Source: Heterodontus francisci (taxonomy: Eukaryota). From it: a stretch of 64,000 nt of DNA. The notes below the pieces were generated by a model. It ran no database searches. It was not told the origin of the DNA and worked only from the letters and a program-made list of their open reading frames with translations. Each line of letters opens with the position of its first letter. The stretch's first letter is position 1. Both the position numbers and the translations under genes were made by a program. The DNA lies in assembly GCF_036365525.1 (NCBI RefSeq), contig NW_027140825.1, positions 1,364,001-1,428,000 of the forward strand. Reading direction: 5' to 3'. Of this stretch, positions 23,965 to 35,313 are shown in pieces.

Positions 23965-25499
23965 CACAAAGCTAAATCCCTGCATCAAAACCTCTCACCT
24001 CTCTCTGATTCTTGTCCTGAAGGAGCCTTTCACAACTAGAAAGAACCTACAGGAGTATTGGCACAAAGGAACATAGAAATACTGTAGCTGGAGTAGGCCA
24101 TTCAGCCCGTCGAGCTTGTTCTGACATTCAGTGAGGTCATGAATCATCTGTATTGTAACCCCATTAGCCTGTTTGTGTTCCAGACCCTTTTCCTAACAAG
24201 GCTCTATCATTCTCAGATTGGGAAGTGACAATTGACCCTGTGGCCTCAGCAGTTTCATAGCGGAGAGAGGCCCAGATTTCCACCACCGTTTGTTCAGTTA
24301 TGTCCTTTCTGGCATCACCCCTGAACGGCCAAGCTTTAATGTTAAGCTAATGCTCCCCTCCACCCTCACCCTTGCTCTGGGCTCTGACACCCGCGTAAAT
24401 TGCAGCTCTATCTGCCCTATCGAATCCTCTCATTATCTTAAACACATCAGTTGGATCAATCCTTAATCTCCAATGCTCAACATCTCCAAGCAACCTGCCC
24501 CCATAATTTAATCCCGTCACCATTCTGGTAAATGAGGAAAGATCATTCGCAATCTGCCCTGGACTTTCAGCTCACGTTCCCCAGGCCGTTCAATGTGCAT
24601 TCAACACCCAGTGTCCATTCACAAACAAAAAAATCCCCTTTTATACTTCTCATCCATTCAAACGCTTCAGGATAATGGGGAATACATCAAATAACATCGA
24701 AGATTCAGCAGCGAACCAGACCATTCAGCCCACTACGTCCTAGCCGATTAAATGCTCCACATGATCCTTCTCACACCCTCTTCATCTCACCCCATCCTTT
24801 TAAAAGGTCATTTTATTCCTTTCTCCCCCATATGTTTATCCAGCTTCCCTCTTAAATACATCTCTGCTATTCGCCTCAGCCCACTCCCTGTGGTAGTGAG
24901 TTCCACATTCTCGCCACTCTCTGGTTGAAAAGGCTTCTCCTGAATTCCATATTTGATTTATTAGTGACTGTCTTATATTGATGGTCCCCTGGTTCTGGTC
25001 TCCTCAACAAGTGGAATCATCTTGCCTCTGTCATAATCTTAAAGACCTCGATCAGGTTATCCCCTCTGCCTTCTCTTTTCTGGAGAAAACAGCACCAGCC
25101 TCTTCATTCTTGACCTGTGGTTATATCCTCTCAATTTTGGGAGCACACTTGTAAATATGTTTTGTTTTGCTCTATCCAGAGCCTCTGCTTTTTAATCATA
25201 TGCAGTCCATAACGGCATACTGAAGAATTGAATCTGACAGTTTTCGTTCTGTGTCTGTGTCCTCTTGTTCTGTTCTCATTTGGAACTACATTGCTGTTTG
25301 TACTGTTTATTTTAGAGACCCTCCCTTATGTCCCCACTCAAACTCCTTTCCAAATGAATTCAGCAGTTGTAGGTCTCCCTTTTTAAGCCCAAGAGTCGAA
25401 ATTAATTCACCGAATTCCTAAATATTCACTCCCACGACCACCCCACGTGAATTCCCGAATTGAATCAACTTTTCCAGTGTTAGGAAGGCATTCACTCAC

Positions 25500-25549
25500 C
25501 TAAAACCACCAGTTTGGTCCCATCTCCGAAATATGCTTCTCTCGCATTA
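25500..25549 (-). CDS. TRBJ: TRBJ segment (NAREAYFGDGTKLVVL)
   Basis: CACAATG-12-CGCAAAATC, FGxG, gtgagt donor. Confidence 0.94.
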
Positions 25550-26913
25550 CACAATGGTATGGGGCTGTCGCAAAATCCCCCTCCAGTCTAGATTGTTAAG
25601 TCTATTCCATTGAAGTTCTGACTGTTTCAATGGCCCGTAAAGGGCGTAGGAACATGTGGACAGGAGGTGGCCGTTCAGCCCTTCGAGACTGTTCCACCAT
25701 GCAGTTAGATCAGGGTTGTTCTGAATCTTAACTCTATCATCCCACCTTGGTTCTGTAACTGTCAATACTTCTGTTTAACAAAAATCTAACAATCTTGAAT
25801 TTGAAATTATCAATCGACGCCCAGCCTCAACAGTATATTATTTTGTTGTGGGGGGTGCGGGGAGAGTTCCTGATATCACCCCTGAACGGCTCGAATTTAA
25901 ATCGTTCTGGACTCCCCCCAACCTGAAGAAGCAGTTTCTCTCTATCTATCCAACACCTCAAGCTCCTCGATTATATCAGCCCTTTAATGATCTCGATTGT
26001 AGATCTTTTGTCAATGATTTTAAATATCTGACCTTTGTTTATTGACCCATCCACCAGTAGAAATAATTTCCCCTTCAAGTAATTGTCCAGTCCCCCTTTT
26101 GAAAGTTACTATTGAGTCTGTTTGCACCACCCTTTCAGGCAGCGCATTCCAGATAACAACACACCGCATAATTGTTTTATTCTTCATATCACCCCTGTTT
26201 ATTTTGTCAATTACCTTAACTCTGTGCCCTTTGTTTACCAACGCTTCGAGCATTGGAAATTGTTTCTGAGCATGTACTGTGTCCAAAGCCTTCATTGCTT
26301 TGGACACCTCTGTCAAATCCCCCCTAAACTTTCTCTGCTCTAGTCTCTAGACGCAACTGAAGACCCTCATCGCTGGAACCAGTCGAATAAATCATTCGTG
26401 CAACCACTCTAAGGCCTTGACATCCATCCTAACATGTGACACCCACAATTCTCCAGCTGGGACCTAACCAGCGATTCATCGAGGTTCAGCTTAACTCCCT
26501 TGCTCAACTCCTCGTCAATCCTTCTTTAACGAAGGTACTTTCCAGCTTCTTCAACTCTTTATTCTAAATTTCTTGATTGTCACGTATTTGTCCCTGTACC
26601 TCACTCCTATCATCAACTCGCATTACGCCGATTTAGCTACATTAGGGACTGGATTAGGCCATTCAACCTCTGATATCCAAGGTACTTATCACATGTCGAT
26701 TTCCACATGCACAATACGTCTCTAGTTTGTTTCAGGAAATATTCCATATGGGGCTCGGAAGTAATGCATGAAGCCGGAACACAAATACAAGGTGTATGTT
26801 TATATATAAGGTCCTCATATCCACAACTAGGTTTGAATAATTTTAAATTTCAACTAGACATCCCTCTGATTCCACTTTCCTTTAAAGAGCTAATTCGATT
26901 CTATCTCACTTAC

Positions 26914-26965
26914 CTAAAACCATGAGTTTTGAATTACCCCCAAAAGTATAACCATCGTTGCCTGA
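26914..26965 (-). pseudogene. TRBJ: TRBJ, probably non-rearranging (SGNDGYTFGGNSKLMVL)
   Basis: Heptamer CGCAATG breaks the invariant CAC, and FGGN replaces FGxG. Donor is intact. Confidence 0.8.
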
Positions 26966-27705
26966 CGCAATGTTACACTTTTGTATCAGAACTCGCGTTT
27001 CTTTAACTCGATACACAATAGTTAATGAACATAGTTGGAACATTTTGCCTTGTGTTATATTCATTATTCCACCCTATTGCTCTTTATCTTATATTCTGTT
27101 ACAATTGATCTCCTTGTCTCTGTCTCTTTTTCACTGTTTTAAATCTAATTTCCCATCTCCCTCCAGTTTTGTCTGATGTTTGCTCTCCATCTGGAGTGAA
27201 GAAGAATGGGGGATGATGGTCTGGGAAATTCTAAGATTCAGAGGGCGCTTGACAGGGTAAATGCTGAGAGGATGTTCCCCTGTAGAATTAAAGGGCGCAG
27301 TTTCAGAATGAGGGGTCGCTCATTTAGGACGGAGTGGAGGAGGAATTTCTTCGATCAGGGAGTCGTGAATCTTTGGAATTCCCTACTCCACAGCGCTGTG
27401 GAGGCTGAGTCCGTGAATGCATTCAAACTGAGATAGAGAGCAGAGCCAAGGATTATGGAGAACAGGTAGGAAAGAGGGATCGAGGCCAACATCAGATCAG
27501 CCATGATCTCTGGTTGTAAATTCCTCTCTCACCAGCCCTCCTCCAATCTCCTACATTTAGCTATTTAAATTCTTGCTTCTTCAATGCAATGCTTACTCTT
27601 TTGCCTGTTTTCACATTCTCTCTCCTTTCTTTAAATTGAAGAGACTAAACTAGTCGACGTTTGCAATGCTAGTAAGAGACATATTTTGACGAACATCTCA
27701 CTTAC

Positions 27706-27764
27706 CCAGGACTGTTAATTTAGAGCCATCTCCAAAATACACAAGGCTGAATACTCCCTGCTCC
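27706..27764 (-). CDS. TRBJ: TRBJ segment (GVFSLVYFGDGSKLTVL)
   Basis: CACATCA-12-ACAAAAACA, FGxG, gtaagt donor. Confidence 0.9.
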
Positions 27765-28108
27765 CACATCATCACCTCACATCACAAAAACATTCCCCAA
27801 CTCTCTTCTGGAAGAAAAGAAATTCACTGCCCCATTCCTTAATATTTGATAGTGGCCTCTGGTTAACGCAAGCTTACTGTAAGTTAATGTAAACTGGTGG
27901 ACTAACCAGGCAGTTTGCAGTTATAACTCTCAGAATTCCCAAGACTGTCTGCCCCGTCTAAATGTGGACCTGTTAGTCAGTTATCCACCGTGGCAGTCCT
28001 GACAATAGGAGATTTTCTCTAAGTCCCTCCCAATTATTCATTCAATCCTTCTTGCAAGATGTTTACAGGTGACCCTTGCTTCATTGAAAACAAAGAAACT
28101 GAACTCAC

Positions 28109-28165
28109 CCAAAATCGTCAACTTGGACCCGTCCCCAAAATGTAGCAGGTTGGTATACCCGCCCG
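28109..28165 (-). CDS. TRBJ: TRBJ segment (GGYTNLLHFGDGSKLTIL)
   Basis: CACTGCA-12-ACCAAAATA, FGxG, gtgagt donor. Confidence 0.88.
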
Positions 28166-28376
28166 CACTGCACTAAGCAACAATACCAAAATACAACGAT
28201 GGGTAGACAGATGTATGGACAGACAAATAGATAAGTAGATGGACAAACAGACAGACAGATGGATCCACAGACCAACAAATAGATAGGTACATTGATAGAT
28301 AAAGAAATAGAAAGACTTACAGATGAAAAGAGATGTTTACATATATAAATATCTACATGTGCAAACATAATCTTAC

Positions 28377-28426
28377 CTAAAACAGTGAGTTTAGTCCCAG
28401 CTCCGAAATAATAAATGTCACCAGAG
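28377..28426 (-). CDS. TRBJ: TRBJ segment (SGDIYYFGAGTKLTVL)
   Basis: CACAATG-12-ATTAAAACA, FGxG, gtaag donor. Confidence 0.94.
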
Positions 28427-29935
28427 CACAATGATAAACTCATGTATTAAAACATCACCTGTCTTTGAGTCCTTTTCCGAAGGAGCCCCTCATAATAAGG
28501 GAGAACCGACAAGTATAAGGAAATTTTGTCCAAAGGAACATAGCAACTGGGGAACAGGAGTTGACCATTCAGCCCTTCGTGCTTATTCCGACATTTAATT
28601 AGATTATAAATCAATTGTACCTTAACGCCTTCGACCTGCCTTCTTGGTTCCATAACCTTTAGCATCTTTGCTGATCAAAAAATCATCAACCACACATTTG
28701 AAATTTTCGACTGACTCCCTCAGCTTTCTGTGGGAGAGATTTCTGGATTCCACAGGGCATTTTGTAAACAGGTCCTTCTTGACGTCACTCCTGAATGGTC
28801 AAGCTATCAGTTTAAGGTTTTGCTCTCTTGTTCTGGACCCGTCACACCAGAGGAAATATCAGATCCTATCATTATCTTAAACACATCAATTGGATCACTC
28901 CTGAATCTCCAATTCTCAATTTACTGCAACCCTACTTTAAACAACACATCGTCATAAATTAAATTATTTTGATTCCGGTATTATCCTGGTGAATGAGGAA
29001 AGGTCATGGGGCCCTTGACACCTCATTGTCCACTGGATATGGATAGCTCACCAGTTCGATTAGTAACTTGAAAATAGTGTGTCTCAAAACAGTTTCATCC
29101 ATTGCCGCACGAGGCCAAGAGGGAATATATAGAATTACATAGAATTTACAACACACAAACAGGCCATTCAGCCCATCTGCTCCATACCAGTGTTTACACT
29201 CCACTTGAGACTCCCCTCATCCCCTTCATTTAATCCAATTTTTTTTATCCAATCTACTTTTTTAAACCCACTCCTTGTGGTAGTGAGTTCCACATTCGCA
29301 CCACTGTCTGGGTAAAGAAATTTCTCCTGAATTCCCTTTTGAATTTATTACTGAGTGTCTGACATTTATGCTCTCCCCGTTCTGGTCTCCCCACAAGTGG
29401 AAAAAACTTCGGTGTGTCTACCCTATCGAAACCCCTTTCAAAATCGTACAGAACTCTACCAGGTCACCCCTCAAACTTTACTGCTCTCGAGAACGGAGTC
29501 CCAGTCTGTCCGACCTTCTCCAATAGTTCCAACGTCCCAGTTTGGGCAGCACAGCTGTTAATCTGTTTTGTTTTACCTTATCCAGAGCCTCTACATCATT
29601 TATTTTATAATATGCAGACCAGAACTGCATACTGAACGATGCAATCTGACATTTTTCGTTCTATGTCTGTGTCCTCTTGTTTTGCTCTCACAAGCGCAAT
29701 CATTCTATTTGTATCTACATTACTGTTTGTTCTGTTTATTTTCGCGACCCTCCCTTATGTATCTACTCAAAACCCTTCCCTGCAGTGAAACGAATTCGGC
29801 AGTTGTAGGTCTCCCCTTGTAAGCTGAAGAATTGAAATTAATTCACCAAATTTCTATATTTTCACCCCCTCGACCACCTCACGTGAATTCCCAAATTGAA
29901 TCAACTTTTCCAGTGTTAGGAATGCATTCACTCAC

Positions 29936-29985
29936 CTAAAACCACCAGTTTGGTCCCATCTCCGAAATATGCTTCGTAATTGGAG
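29936..29985 (-). CDS. TRBJ: TRBJ segment (SNYEAYFGDGTKLVVL)
   Basis: CACACTG-12-CACAAAATC, FGxG, gtgagt donor. Confidence 0.94.
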
Positions 29986-30599
29986 CACACTGGTATGGGG
30001 CTGTCACAAAATCCCCTTCAATCCCTCTCGACTGTTAAGTCTGTTCCATTGAAGTTCCTATTATGTCAATGACCGTAAAGGTCGGTGGAACATGGGGACA
30101 GAAGGTGACCGTTCAGCCCTTTGATCAGTTCGATCAAGGTTGATCTGAATCTTAACTCCATCAATCCGCCTTGGTTCTGTAACCCTCAATACTTTTGTTT
30201 TACACAGCTCTATCAATCTTGGATTTGTATTTATCAATTGACCCTCAGTCTCAACTGATTGTTTTTTATGGGGTCGGGGTGGAATCCATCATTTCCACTA
30301 ACCTTTGCATGAAGAAGTGCTTCCTGATATCATCCCTGAATGGCAATAATTTAAACTGTTCTGGACTCCCCGCAACCTGAGGAAGCAGTTTCTCTCTCTA
30401 TCTATCCAACACCTCAAACCCCTCCATGATATCAGCCCTTAAAATTCTATATTCGAGGGACTGTCAGCTTCGTCTGAGTAACCAGTCCTCATGAGTTAAC
30501 CCTTTAATGTATCTAATATCTGAACATTACTCCTGGTGCTTTTTTAACTGAACATAGATTCTGATCGATTGGAGGAACAGAAATACATAGTCGCCTTAC

Positions 30600-30647
30600 C
30601 CAACACTGTCAACTTGGTCCCATCGCCAAAGTAAGCTATCTCTGCTG
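30600..30647 (-). CDS. TRBJ: TRBJ segment (AEIAYFGDGTKLTVL)
   Basis: CACGATG-12-TCATGAACA (weak nonamer), FGxG, gtaagg donor. Confidence 0.9.
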
Positions 30648-30889
30648 CACGATGCTCTAAACTCAGTCATGAACAGACCCGGGAGATGTTCCCCTTGTAA
30701 CTGAACGAGACAGGACGGGGTGGTTTACAGACGAGGGTCATATTGGACTGGTCTTTGCAAACCAGAAAGAAGGGCCAGTGTCATCAGCCTGACTTTTTAA
30801 ACCGCCCGCGGAGGGTTGTGGCAGAACAAGCTTGGAATGCAAACAGCTGGACATGAAGGGAGTGGGAAAAAAACGTCCCTTTTTCTTAC

Positions 30890-30940
30890 CTAACACCGTC
30901 AGTTTGGTGCCGGTCCCGAAGTTGAGTGGTGCGTTGTTAG
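30890..30940 (-). CDS. TRBJ: TRBJ segment, D-proximal (NNAPLNFGTGTKLTVL)
   Basis: CACGTCA-12-ACATCAACC, FGxG, gtaag donor. Confidence 0.92.
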
Positions 30941-31465
30941 CACGTCAGCAGATCTCGTTACATCAACCCGGTCGGAAACTGATTGCTAAAACTGACCTGC
31001 TCAGCATTTCGGAAGCACTGGTCAAGATTATCAGGACGTACAAAGCAGCTTACAGCCAATGAAGCAGTTTGTTTATGAAGTGGTCACCACAGGGAGACAC
31101 AGCAACTGATATTGTACCAAGAAAGTCCCATCAAACAATAGTGAGATTAATGAGCAGATCATTGTTTGTGATGTTGGTTGAGGGATCAATATTGGTCCCA
31201 GGACACCAGGGTGGGGTTTAAAGGTTAAAGAGTTACCAGTTTCCACACAAATGACACACAGTTATTCTCTTTTCCAGAGGAATATTCTAACTTATAAGGC
31301 TGGACCATTCTGAGACATCTTTAAGATGAAAAGGGCCCAGTTCCCGCCATAATCCTGGGCCATGTTGACTCCTTTACTCTGTTGTCACTGCTCTTCTGCT
31401 GATCCTCCACCAGGTGTGTAGAGCGAGGTTTTTGTACGGAGGTTGCATTGGATTTTATCACCGTG

Positions 31466-31478
31466 TCCCTGTTGTCCC
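31466..31478 (-). CDS. TRBD: TRBD segment GGGACAACAGGGA
   Basis: 5' 12-RSS (31479-31506, CACAGTG-12-ACAAAAAAG) and 3' 23-RSS (31427-31465, CACGGTG-23-ACAAAAACC). The GGGACA start is typical of D-beta. Confidence 0.97.
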
Positions 31479-31624
31479 CACAGTGATAGACACTCATACA
31501 AAAAAGAGGAACGCGAAATTTACAAGTCCCCGCCGCTTAAACGGCTCCCGAGGCTTTCACCTGGTGACGGCAGTTGAGATTGAGCTGCTGAAATTTAGTT
31601 AGACCTTTGTAGCACAATTAAAGG

Positions 31625-33124
31625 GCATTCAGCCCCTCTCAAATCTGTTTCACATGAACAGGAGGAGGACATTCAACCCCTCTCCAGTCTGTTACACAGG
31701 AACAGGAGGAGGACATTCAACCCCTCTCCAGTCTGTTACACAGGAACAGGAGGAGGACATTCAGCCCCTCTCCAGTGTGTTACACAGTAACAGAAGGAGG
31801 ACATTCAGCCCCTCTCGAGCCTGCTACAAAGGAACAGGAGGGGGACATTCAGCCCCAATGCAGTCTGTTACACATGAACAGGAGGAGGACATTCAGCACC
31901 TCTCCAGTCTGCCACACAGGAACAGGAGGAGGACATTCAGCCCCTCTCGAGCCAGTTACACAGGAACAGGAGGAGGACATTCAGCCCCTCTCCAGTCTGT
32001 TACACAGGAACAGGAGGAGGACATTCAACCCCTCTCCAGTCTGTTACACAGGAACAGGAGGAGGACATTCAGCCCCTCTCCAGTGTGTTACACAGGAACA
32101 GAAGGAGGACATTCAGCCCCTCTCGAGCCTGTTACACAGGAACAGGAGGAGGACATTCAGCCCCTCTCGAGCCAGTTACACAGGAACAGGAGGAGGACAT
32201 TCAGCCCCTCTCCAGTCTGTTTCACATGAACAGGAGGAGGACATTCAGCCCCTCTCCAGTCTGTTACACAGGAACAGGAGGAGGACATTCAACCCCTCTC
32301 CAGTCTGTTACACAGGAACAGGAGGAGGACATTCAGCCCCTCTCCAGTGTGTTACACAGTAACAGAAGGAGGACATTCAGCCCCTCTCGAGCCTGCTACA
32401 AAGGAACAGGAGGGGGACATTCAGCCCCAATGCAGTCTGTTACACATGAACAGGAGGAGGACATTCAGCACCTCTCCAGTCTGCCACACAGGAACAGGAG
32501 GAGGACATTCAGCCCCTCTCGAGCCAGTTACACAGGAACAGGAGGAGGACATTCAGCCCCTCTCCAGTCTGTTACACAGGAACAGGAGGAGGACATTCAA
32601 CCCCTCTCCAGTCTGTTACACAGGAACAGGAGGAGGACATTCAGCCCCTCTCCAGTGTGTTACACAGGAACAGAAGGAGGACATTCAGCCCCTCTCGAGC
32701 CTGTTACACAGGAACAGGAGGAGGACATTCAGCCCCTCTCGAGCCTGTTACACAGGAACAGAAGGTGGATATTCAGCCCTTCTCCAGCCTGCTACACAGG
32801 AACAGGAGGAGGACATTCAGCCCCTCTCCAGTCTGCCACACAGGAACAGGAGGAGGACATTCAACCCCACTCGAGCCTGTTACACAGGAACAGGAGGAGG
32901 ACATTCAGCCCCTCTCCAGTCTGTTACACAGGAACAGGAGGAGGACATTCAGCCCCTCTCCAGTCTGTTACACAGGAACAGGAGGAGGACATTCAGCCCC
33001 TCTCCATTGTGTTACACAGGAAAAGAAGGAGGACATTCAGCCCCTCTCGAGCCTGTTACACAGGAACAGGAGGAGGACATTCAGCCCCTCTTGAATCTGT
33101 TACACCGGAACAGGAGGAGGCCAT
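31625..33124. repeat. 44-bp minisatellite (ACACAGGAACAGGAGGAGGACATTCAGCCCCTCTCCAGTCTGTT), ends in N gap
   Basis: About 34 visible units with period 44 and a 572-bp higher-order duplication. Confidence 0.97.
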
Positions 33125-34499
33125 NNNNNNNNNNNNNNNNNNNNNNNNNNNNNNNNNNNNNNNNNNNNNNNNNNNNNNNNNNNNNNNNNNNNNNNNNNNN
33201 NNNNNNNNNNNNNNNNNNNNNNNNNNNNNNNNNNNNNNNNNNNNNNNNNNNNNNNNNNNNNNNNNNNNNNNNNNNNNNNNNNNNNNNNNNNNCTTTCTGT
33301 CCCTCTCAATTCACCCCTTATCCCAATCCCTGCCTCCGTTCCTTACCCTTTTCTTTACCTGCATTGTCCCTCCACAACCTGCAGGATCTCAGGAAGCACC
33401 AGCTACGGGAACACACTTAATGTATACAGTAAATCGTGTACACTGCAATCTCTTCACCTATCACTCAGAGAGTCCCAGGTCTGCCAAACCAGTGATGTGC
33501 AAGTTCCCAGGTGTTCTGTTGCGGTGCTGTTATCATTTCAGCTGATCTGTCTGCACACCAACAGCCATCGCCCATGCACCTGGTCCTCAACTCTAACATT
33601 GAGGGTTTTACTCTTTTGTTCGGTTCTGATGCTGCTTGCTCTTCAGATGAAGGTAACGCGAGGTTCTGGGTTGAAGAGGTTCAAAAAATTTCTAACGATA
33701 AAGGCGGACGTTGAATGAAGGATTGGGATATGGACACAAAACATTTTCAAAGAAAGGCGATTATGGAGTCATCAAAGTAAGTACATTTCCCTTTGTCCTT
33801 TTGCAAACATGGCACAAAGTAGGAATCCATTGCTGCTTCTAAAAGTTCCCTGGACATGATAGAGCGATGAGAAGTCATGTTAAACTTGTATAGAATCTTC
33901 CTTAGACCACAGTTAGAGCACTTTTCCCAGTTCTGGTATTCATTTTAAAGAGATATAGAGATACAGGAGAAGGGGCAAAAAAGGAATGACAAGGATGATA
34001 TCAGAACTGAGAGGTTATAATGATCAGGAAGGGCTGTAAAGAGAAGGCTGAGGGGGTGATCTGATGGATGGATTTAAGATTATGAAAGAGTTTTTGATAG
34101 GGTAGACGTGCAAAAGATGTTTTCACTTGTGGGGGAGTCAGGAACTCCGAACCATCAATAGAAAGATAGTCACTAATAAATAAAATCGGGAATTCAGGAG
34201 AAACTTCTTTACCCAGAGAGTGGGAGGATGTAGGGAGTGGGATAAGGCGAATAGCGGAGATGTATTCAAGAGGGAATCTGGATAAACAAATGGGGGTGGG
34301 GCAGATTTGGAAGGATCTACTGATGGGGTGAGATGAAGACGGGAGCGAGGAAGCTCGTGTGGAGGATGAACGGCAGCATGAATGTGTTGGGCCGAATGGC
34401 CTGTTTCTTTGCGATTTACCTCAGGACACAGTCCAAGTGATGTAGTGCGTCTCACCTGAGAAGGCAGACCAGCCGCTGATTTAAAATCTCAGGTGCAAA

Positions 34500-35313
34500 T
34501 TCAGCACTCCCTCTGTACTGACCCTCTGAAAGTGCAGCAATCCCACAGTACTGATCCTTTGAGAGTACAGCACTCCCTCAGTACTGACCCTCGGACAGTG
34601 CAGCAATTCCTCAGTACTGACACTCTGACAGTACAGCACTCCCTCACTACTGACCCTCTGACAGTGCGGCACTCCCTCAGTACTGACCCTCTGACAGTGC
34701 AGCACTCCCTCAGTACGGACACTCTGACAGTGCAGCACTCCCTCAGTACTGACCCTCTTAGAGTGCAGCACTCCCTCAGTACTGACACTCTGACAGAGCA
34801 GCACTCCCTCAGTACTGACCCTCTGACAGTGCAGTGCACCCTCAGTACTGACCCTCTGACAGTGCAGCACTCCCTCAGTGCTGACCATCTGACGGTGCGG
34901 CACTCCCTCAGTACTGACACTCTGACAGTGCAGCACTCCCTCAGTACAGACACTCTGACAGTGCAGTGCTCCCTCAGTATTGACCCTCTGACAGTGCAGC
35001 ACTCCCTCAGTACTAACCCTCTGACAGTGCAGCACTCCCTCAGTACTGACCCTCGGACAGTGCAGCACTCGCTCAGTACTGACACTCTGACTGTGCAGCA
35101 CTCCCTCAGTACTGACCCTCTGACAGTGCAGCACTCCCTCAGTGCTGACCATCTGATGGTGCGGCACTCCCTCAGTACTGACACTCTGACAGTGCAGCAC
35201 TCACTCAGTACTGACCCTCCAACAGTGCAGCACTCCCTCAGTACTGACCCTCTGACAGTGCAGCACTCCCTCAGTACTGACCCTCCAACAGTGCAGCACT
35301 CCCTCAGTACTGA
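34500..35313. repeat. 33-bp minisatellite (CAGCACTCCCTCAGTACTGACCCTCTGACAGTG)
   Basis: About 24 units. The 11-aa periodic ORFs are artefacts. Confidence 0.97.

Noticed and set aside
31654-33545. Long ORFs of 145-486 aa with 44-aa periodicity
   Set aside because: They are translations of the 44-bp minisatellite (open in all frames) and partly run through an N gap.
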